DNA of 64,000 nucleotides, from contig NC_087252.1 of the NCBI RefSeq assembly GCF_037042905.1, positions 5,396,001-5,460,000 on the forward strand, read 5' to 3'. The notes beneath the pieces are model-generated. The model did not search any database, was not told where the DNA came from, and saw only the letters and a list, made by a program, of their open reading frames with translations. Position 1 is the stretch's first letter. Every line of letters begins with the position of its first letter. This document shows positions 55,490-64,000 of this stretch, in pieces. This DNA is from Lytechinus pictus. Lineage: Eukaryota. A program made the translations under genes and the position numbers.

Positions 55490-55802
55490 TGTTACACCCA
55501 CAAATGTAATAAACGCCCACAAATGTAATAACGCCCACAAATGTAACAACACTTTACTCACAAATGTAATAACTTTTGATCACCAACAAATGTTATAAAT
55601 TTGAAGGGTTATTTTGACGAATTTGTTATAAACAAAAACCCTATCGTAGGGTATTGTTTAGAAAAGAATCGTCAAAACATTCCTTCAAATATATTACAAT
55701 AGTGAGTGAAGTCATTGTTACTTTTGTGGGTGATCAAAATCTATTACATTTGTGGTAAAGTGTTAGTTAATTTGTGGGAATTATTACATTTGTGGGTGTA
55801 GA
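55490..55802. mobile_element. Short deleted copy of the 47712-51890 family
   Basis: Same tgttacacccacaaatgtaat terminus and inverted ttattacatttgtgggtg. Confidence 0.75.
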
Positions 55803-58800
55803 GGTAGAGTGTAATAGAGGTTTTCGCCCTCGATCTTGGCAGAGGCATGGTCCTGGTAAGTGGGGGTGGTGGGAGTGCTGAAGCACCCCTAAGATTTTCC
55901 TGGGGGTGCTACGTGTATTTTCTCCATAGGTATCACCCCTAGGAATTTTGGAAGGTGTTCGAAAATTGAGAAAGGTTACCAAAATGGCCTTCATTTTGTA
56001 ATGAAACCCTTATCTTTTTTTTTGCTTTTCAAAAGTCTCCAGAATAAAATGGCCTGCTTTTTGTAGTGAAATCTTTTTTTTGCTTTTCAAATTTACATCA
56101 GGACCCCCAGTAAAAAAAATAATCGTTCCCAGGCCCTGAAAAGCGGGTTTTGTAAAACGGTTAGCTGACAGGTAGCTCACCTTCTCCGATTAGTTAGACT
56201 TTAATATGACGGTGTTGAGAAACGGGCTCCAATTATCCTACATTTAACAAGAAAATCCAATACTTGCATCGTACGGATACAAGATGCCTAGCAAGCAATG
56301 GTATTTTCAGTATCGTTACGGACTTCACCTTATTTTTCTGAAAACTGTCGACTGTTCATTACTATCAGAAATACACATGTTTATGACAAAAAGTGTATTA
56401 TATTAATATAATTTTAATATAACCTGTTTTTATAGTTTATGTAATTGTTATTGTTTATCAGAATTTCTATTGGGAATATTTATTACTGCAAGTTTGAATT
56501 ATTATTGCCAATTTAGATTTTTATTGCTGGCTCCAATCGATATTATTTTTCTTGTTCATGTAAAATTTATATGCTTTTTATCTGAAATAAACCGAGTGAA
56601 ATTGAATAAAATTTATCTTGAATCTTTAATATATTTAAATTCATTTTTATTTCACATTTGCATAAAAATACAAAAACATGGCTATGCAGGTCTAACGGTA
56701 AGATAGGAATAAATTGCGTAACATTACACATGGCACAAATAGAGAAAATACACTGACAAATTTGTGGTATTTGACAAGGGCCAAAGGCCTACCAAAGGTA
56801 AATCCCTGAAGGTCCCCCCCAAAAATAAAAAAAATAAAAATAAAAAATAAACAACGTAATAGAGGAGAACTTAACACACACAAAAAACGAACAAACAAAA
56901 CGATTTCAAGAAACAAATAATTTGTTCAAAAGAATATGTTTATATCTACGCTAAAGTGGTTGATAAAAGGGTAGGATTTATAATCATTTGGTTAAGTATT
57001 TCAGAGTGTGGGTCCAGCATATTCGACAAAAGATTATGAGAAATTATATTTGAAATTTGGAAAATGTATTTAAATTTTCATTTCGGCTTGTAATATAACT
57101 ATATTACCACATATTGACATATATATATACATATACATACATATATACATTAAAAATAAATCATTATAAAAAGAGGGACGAAAATTGTAAATCAATAAGT
57201 ACATAAGAGTTTTACTTTTATATCTATGTTTGTATTAAATCAAAGCTTATTAAAAAGTGATTGTGTACTTGATCTTACTCGTTTCTGTGACCACATCTGA
57301 AAATCTCGTAGATTAAGCAAAAAGACCCTTTTTTATTATTATTCAATATAAATATTAAAAAAATGAGATAAGATTTGTTTACGTTCAGGTAAAATCATTA
57401 TGCAACATGTTTTGTCAACGTTCAGTATTGATTTATTGGTAAGGAATCACTCTTATATTTTTTTCAATTCTAGATTTGATTAAAGTTATATATTAAAATT
57501 AACTTATTTAAATTATTACTATACAAAAAACAAATTAGTATCATGTGCCCACAAGTATAGTCTAAAATATTACTAACATACTGTAAATCATTTATAAATA
57601 TCAAATTAAGTATTGGACCAAAGACATAACTTTGCAGCAGAACGATATTTCAATTCAATTCAATTCATTTTGGCAAATAATAAAATGAAAAAAATGCCAT
57701 AGTTCCATCAAACTTTCGAAAGTAAATATTTGTAAAATATACTCTAACAAGTTATTACGATGGATAAATTTCGATGATCTAGGTCTCATTGACACATGCA
57801 CAATCTAAAAAAAAATCTAAGCGCTGTGCTGCAGAGCCCGGTTGAAGAGTGCTTACTGATCTAATTTTCATTCAGCAGTGCGCTCAGAGGTATCTGACAA
57901 GCGACTGCGCCGTCGCATTACGGGACTTGCCCGGTAAAGACAGATCGATTTCCTTGTACGTCCGAGAGATGATATGTGACGTCATTGATGGAATAGAGCA
58001 CTATGCGCTGTGACGTCAGCATCTCCAATGCATGTATTCGACTCAAATTCTTTTTCCTGTCTCATCTTATTTACAAATGCCACTCTAACCCTCTCCTATC
58101 TATTCCTTTATATGTCCATCCTTAACCAAATTAATACCTTTTTGATCAGTAAACTATATCATGTATATGAAAAATAACATGCGAAGTTGATTCAGCAAGA
58201 ACAAATCAATTTTTATGATATTCAAAACCATTTTTACTGTAATTGACGACGGATTTTACATTCGAAAAAACAGAACCTAAAGAACTCTTCTCAGTTAAAA
58301 TAATTTAATCCAATAATGATGCCATATTGAAATGCACATCAAATGTTATCACAATACAAAAAAAAAGAAGAATGCATGATAAAGGTTTATATTGTTGGCT
58401 TGTATGACTGTTTCAATAAAACAATTGCAATTAACGGAATAGCCAGAATATAGGTCGAACTGTGTTATAGGTTATCGTTGAAAAAAAAATATTTTCATGA
58501 ACTGGTATTATGATGATCGATACAGTTGGTGGGAGGGGTAATAAATAATACCTTTTGATGAATTAACATGTATCAAGAAATCGAATCTTAACTCTTAATT
58601 AGTCTGTTAGAAAGCATGGATCATAATTGGCATATATTGGTAAGAGAAATTAGAAATGGACACATTGTTAGTTCTGATGGAATTCTGCTAAATTTCGGCA
58701 GAAATACTGCGTGGTAATAAATCGTCCACTGAAACGTATTCCTATATTGGTGTAAATTTATCAAAACACATTTGCATTCTGCAAAAAGATATGTTTGGTG

Positions 58801-58853
58801 TAGTGGCCAACGTCGACTACTTGTACACCACTTTCACCTTCACTTACCACTAA

Positions 58854-59954
58854 TTATACATGTACATTCATCGGCCTTCGATTACCATAAAGCCTTTTCT
58901 TTCCTATGTGCAAGAAGTAAAGGAAATTCTCCCTATAATGAACATTAGCGCATGCATACAATATGGGGTTGATGGCGGAGTTTGCCCATAGAATGAAAGT
59001 CATCGCCTCCGTCGCCACGTTGTTAGCTTCACCACCATGTATGAGGACATAGCATTCGTTGATGTAGTGGGGGAGCCAGCATAAGATGAAGACTAGGAGG
59101 AGGATTGTAAGAAGTTTAGCGGCTTTTTGATGACCCCCACCCGGTGTTGGAGTACGATGGACGCGCATTACAGGTAATCCAGACGTTTTCTCTTGATCAT
59201 TCTTACCATCCCGTCCGGGGACGACGTTAGCGTTCGTATCCTCACCTCTGCGCCCTTTTAACTCGATTATGGTTTCCTTCTGTTTCTGTATTTTAATAAA
59301 AACTTTCAAGTTTAATAGAAACAGAGTCAAGACGGGCAACACAAACTCAAAGATGAACATCGAAAAAAACAGAGCCTTTTCACGACGGTATTCCAAATTA
59401 CAAGTTTGATATTTGAGGTAATTGTAGTCATTCCACGCGGAATAGATGAAAGCAAGACTGGTATGTACGAGACTGCAGAAGAACCAGACAACGATGAAGA
59501 TAAGGACGATACGTTTCCGAGACTGACGAAGCTGGTATTTCATTGCATTCCTCACCATGAGGTACCGGTCCACGCTGATGGCGATGACGGTGATAACGGA
59601 CATGTCGGTTGAGATGTAACTGATGGCCCATACGATGATACAGAAAGTCCTTCCAAATAACCACTTATCCGTGATGTACTGGGGGATGTAAATAATCATA
59701 GTTATGCCAACGAGGAGATCGGCGATGGCTAGATTAAGAATGAACGTGTTAGTCCTCCTCTTTCGTATTCTCTCATCACGTTTGTACGCAGCCAAAACAA
59801 GCGCATTTCCAAGAACAGTTATAACTGTTGAAGGAATAAACAAGCACACCAAGACGATCCGAAAAGCAGACAACACTGTCTTATTTGCTTCAGGTCCAGG
59901 TGTGGACGATCCCGCCAAAGTAGACGTTTCAGCATCCATCGTTGTATATCTCAC
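58854..59954 (-). CDS. Intronless class A (rhodopsin-like) GPCR, histamine H3/H4-muscarinic-like orphan, 366 aa
   Basis: Seven hydrophobic segments; GNALV, LAIADLLVG, WLFG..C, DRY, F..P, CWLP, NPILY. Confidence 0.95.
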   Translation of the reverse strand: MRYTTMDAETSTLAGSSTPGPEANKTVLSAFRIVLVCLFIPSTVITVLGNALVLAAYKRDERIRKRRTNTFILNLAIADLLVGITMIIYIPQYITDKWLFGRTFCIIVWAISYISTDMSVITVIAISVDRYLMVRNAMKYQLRQSRKRIVLIFIVVWFFCSLVHTSLAFIYSAWNDYNYLKYQTCNLEYRREKALFFSMFIFEFVLPVLTLFLLNLKVFIKIQKQKETIIELKGRRGEDTNANVVPGRDGKNDQEKTSGLPVMRVHRTPTPGGGHQKAAKLLTILLLVFILCWLPHYINECYVLIHGGEANNVATEAMTFILWANSAINPILYACANVHYRENFLYFLHIGKKRLYGNRRPMNVHV

Positions 59955-62390
59955 AACACGGCGACTTAAACAATACAGAATACTGATGATTTGACATTAA
60001 AGATGCTAGCTATATCTCCTTTCAAAATGCTTTGATGGAAGCAGGGAATTAACACCCTAATGTCCCAGGATCGAATCACTCATTAAAGTTACGGCCTGAA
60101 ATGGAAAAGAGACTATCTATATTGGCACAGTCTATAGCTTTACTGCCCGGATTGTAAAGATGTAAGTCTCACTAAAAATATGCACAAACTGCATCAATTA
60201 CACATTAGTCTCAATGCATTTAATGAATTTGAGGCGCGCTTCTTTCAGGCAGCCCTGCATGTTAAAATCATGATCAAATAGACAAAGAGATCCAACTCAT
60301 TAAGCTGCCAATCAAATGTGCCGTCAGTCTGCAGGTCCCCTTGCTAATGAGCAAATGAGCAATATTTGTCCAATTCCTCTCGTGGCTGAATTCATATCCC
60401 TGTAAAATCTCGTGAATTGTGAGATTTTCTCTCCCAAAGAATTTAACCATTTTCTCCTTAAGTAAATTGATTTATTAGTACCGTAGGAAAGAGTAAATGT
60501 TACTCTTTTATATATGTAATTCATTTTGAATAAAATATTTTGATAAAAAAAATTAATTTCAGACTTGAAAAGATGCCTCGAATAAAATTTTCTTCCTCTC
60601 TCTTCTCTTGCAAATTATGCAAAACTTTTTTTTTTTGGGGGGGGGGGGCACAAATACTATTTATATCATCAGAAAGCTCAAACTCTATTATATACTGACT
60701 TTAATACTTTTTTATGGTACCTTTTAGATGGGTTATCAGACAGCTTTTCCATCAAGATACAATACGAGATTTTTGAAAATTCTGAGTAGCAAGACATCCA
60801 GAGTTCTGATTGGCTGGATAGATTTCAGAACACCCGCAGGTAATTTGAAGAAATTACCGCATGGTGAATGCGACCTTGGACAGGCCCTAGCAATGAAATG
60901 TTGGAATTTGAGTGGGTGTGTGGTCTCTATGACCAACCTGAGCGAAACATTCTTGTTTTAAGCTTTTAAATGTACTTTGCCTATGAAAAGCTGGCTGCTG
61001 ACCCATCTAAAATACATCTTCTTATAAAACCTTTATTATATTAAAGCATCATAATCTAAAAATCATTTGGGCCCAAACAGATATTAAGTGTAAAAAGAAT
61101 AACCTTTGTTGCATGAAAATGATTATTTTGTATCGTGTTTTAGAAAAAAGTTTTACCTGTATTATAATATGTTTTGTAAAATCCAGACACATGACCTAAA
61201 AGAATAGTTTTTATTCTTTATAAAGATAACACAAACGTAATATTCGGTCAATATTTAGAGCAGCAATGGCCGAATAAAAATAGGTGTTTTCGTCCGCACC
61301 AAGCTCATTAGCAATGCAAAACCCTCTAGTCATGAATATTACTTGAATGAAATAAGCTTTTTTGTGGACATGCCGACTGACTGTGTGATGATGAACTGAT
61401 CAGAAAATTTCAAACGGGTCTAAAATGCTCCACATACTAAAAGCTCTCACATCGATCTAGTCTAGATTTGGATTGAAAACCCCTGCATCAGTCTCCTCTC
61501 TTTCCACCTCCTACTAACGTCCAGATCTAGACTAGCATCAATCTTGCATCAACGCTTCAAAAAATGGGAACGAATGTAATATTCCAATAACCAGTCATGT
61601 ATTCCTCCAATTACTCCCCCCCCCTCCCTTTTTTTGGTATTAAATGATAGATGTGATAACGTACGCAGGATCCAGCAGCTGCCCACCGGCCGAACATCAG
61701 AGATACATGTAAATCATCCCCCTTTGATACCATGATAGCACAATGAACGTCGGTATCGTGTCGTGAACCAACGCGTGAATCTACGGGAGGTGAGAGGGTC
61801 AGGAAAAAATACAACTACAAACAATAGCATGAAATGTGTAACCGGAATAGGTGCTAATACTCGGTGACCTACCTTAAAAACATTCAGACTAAATCACCCA
61901 CAGTAAAACGAAATTTTCTTGCTGGGACACCCACTTTGCTCTTACCGAAAGCTGTATTTCGTGCAGGAATTTTCAATGATATTCATAAAGTCTAAGATCA
62001 GCAAATAACACTCCCAAAGCTGACGCCATACTGGCTTTAGATACTCATATGTTCTTATTAAAATATTTGCAAACAATTTACAAACTCTGAAAAGCCATTG
62101 TCTTTAATGGCCGAAGTCTTAATAATGATAATAATAATAATGACAATAATATTGATAACAACAACAATGATAATAATAACAATAAAAACAATAACATGAA
62201 TCATTGTAATTACATATTAATGAAAAATAATTTACCATAAATCAATACATCTCGTTACACTAGACTACATAAGACAAATGAATTTATCGCATAAAACGCG
62301 ACTGCATGTACCTTCCTGTTGTTGTGGACTACTGAAACAAAAAATCATGAGAAAATGCGGAACAAAATAAAATGTTGCCGTCCTACCATT

Positions 62391-62812
62391 GAGTTCCACG
62401 AACGAAACATACTGTCCCCCGTCACCCGGGACATCCCCCGGAAAATCGACAGTCTGGACGGTCTGGTGTATTGTCACCCGTCTCCCGGTTCTATCCCCGG
62501 GTTTTTCGAAGGAAGAGCGACCTTGGCTCGTAATCCGAGTTCGTGCACCTGCGAAATGTTGTGTCAAGAGAACTGCTTCCGCTCAGTACTGTGCAAGTGC
62601 TCGGCTAGCTGCAAGCAATTGCATTTCCCGCGTTATCATGTGCGGGTGCGCCTTACGTAACCATGCCGATGACCTAGCCCACTCATCCCCGGTGCCAATC
62701 TCCCGGACACCGGGGAATGTATGGACGGTCGGTCGTAAAGAGATAAGATTTCTCTCCCCCTTTCCCCGAGTGACGGGGGACAGTCTGAACGGCCTGTCAT
62801 GAGTTAATAGCT
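62391..62812. mobile_element. GC-rich inverted-repeat element (MITE-like)
   Basis: actgtcccccgtcac (~62411) inverted as gtgacgggggacagt (~62770), with further internal inverted matches. Confidence 0.55.
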
Positions 62813-63098
62813 CCATGCTTTAATCGTTTTGCCATCGGTTTGAATCAGCTTTTCTTCTTGTTGTTTGGTTTGGCTGGCAGGCAATGATTATTTTCGTTGG
62901 TTTGAGTAGCCTAGCTAGCTCTGGACGTTAGTAGTCATTTGTTTGGAAAACCCTACACTCATTCATCCCAGACAGTGTCCACACACCGTCCTTTCACTTC
63001 TTTGTTTTCCCTTCCGTTCTTTTTTTTCTTTCTTATAATTTCAAAGGTGGCAGACCGATCACCCCTACCATTCTGAAATGTTAAATCAACAATTGTAA

Positions 63099-63250
63099 GG
63101 TTGTGTGGTCTAGTGGTTAGAACATTGGCATGATTGGACTCCTAATCGTAAGGTTGTCAGTTCAAATCTATGCTATTCCGTTGTCTCCACTTTGATAAAC
63201 AGCCCTCGAAAGTGATATATGTTGTCTGTACCGGTCAGCAATTATGCCTG
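63099..63250 (+). mobile_element. Degenerate tRNA-derived SINE head
   Basis: A box TGGTCTAGTGG and B-box-like AGTTCAAATCT; no intact cloverleaf. Confidence 0.55.
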
Positions 63251-64000
63251 ATTAACATAGACGTAACATGTTTCCTATGTTATTATTGGTTATACATGTG
63301 TAACAGCTTAGATTTAAGGTGATCATTTCACTCTGTTCTGATTTAAAAAATTCTCCTTTTTGTTCCTGAAAATGGGCTAAACATTAGGCTTATAGTGTAA
63401 AAATACCATCCCAAAAGTTTCAAAGTGTTATATTTACTTGTACAAGATCAATTTTAAAACCTTGGAGATGTAAACCAAAGTTTGAAAATAATTGGGAGTT
63501 GGTTTCAATGACTATGTGTATACAGGCAATCTGTGCACCACAACACATTATTTCTAGATGAACACAGCATGACCTACAAACCGTGTGTACAAGGTATACA
63601 CTGAATGTACAGTGCAGCTAATAGCGTGTGTATAGGAGATACACACAACAGAAGGCAGTCAAAATAGCCAACGGACTTTTTGAATTGGAGAAAACTGGTC
63701 ATAAGCTGAACCCGTCTACTAGACGGTTATCAAAATCAGGCTACTAAATTGCTACTTGTATCTAAATTAGAGTTTTTCATCCTATATTGTGGTCTGTTTC
63801 AGGGTTTTTGAGGACAAATACAGGCACTCATACGCACGTTTCAACTCAGTTCGAGAATTTTTTTAATCAGCTGCTCACAAAGTTAAACGATCCCTTTAAC
63901 CCGCAAAAAGCTGTCTTGCCCACTTCCTGCGGAAGTTTCCATAACACTTAAAGGTTGGAAGAGTGACAGCCGTTTCTAAATGTTGCATTAACCACTTTAA

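Noticed and set aside
62265..62816. Several overlapping 77-137 aa ORFs
   Set aside because: Explained by a GC-rich inverted-repeat element; no motifs or supported splice structure
56951..64000. Possible large TTAA element enclosing the GPCR (taaagtggtt ... aaccactttaa)
   Set aside because: Only a 10-bp match; the right end more plausibly belongs to a local element starting near 63313

Overview
AT-rich, repeat-dense eukaryotic (metazoan) DNA. The repeat landscape and gene content suggest a deuterostome invertebrate such as a sea urchin (inference). The main content is a tandem pair of spliced + strand genes with an unusual architecture: signal peptide - V-type Ig - second Ig domain - single TM helix - acidic linker - cytoplasmic Cys-rich domain. 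The cytoplasmic domain aligns by eye with the P2X7 C-terminal 'ballast' (Zn/guanine-nucleotide-binding; ZCD/nanor/KolX-like) domain. Copy B (23701-47364) assembles into 7 phase-compatible exons, about 489 aa. For copy A only the last three exons (12221-14441) are in the window. Also present: an intronless class A GPCR (58854-59954, -) lacking the aminergic D3.32, a 5'-truncated CR1/L2-group LINE with an open RT ORF nested in a Transib-like element with CACAGTG RSS-like ends, a Penelope-like insertion with a minimal hammerhead-ribozyme-like motif, tRNA-derived SINEs, and many non-autonomous DNA transposons (Kolobok-, Tc1/mariner-, hAT-, Sola-, Ginger-like and long foldbacks). Most short ORFs in the track are spurious repeat translations. 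All calls are by eye; no database searches were run.
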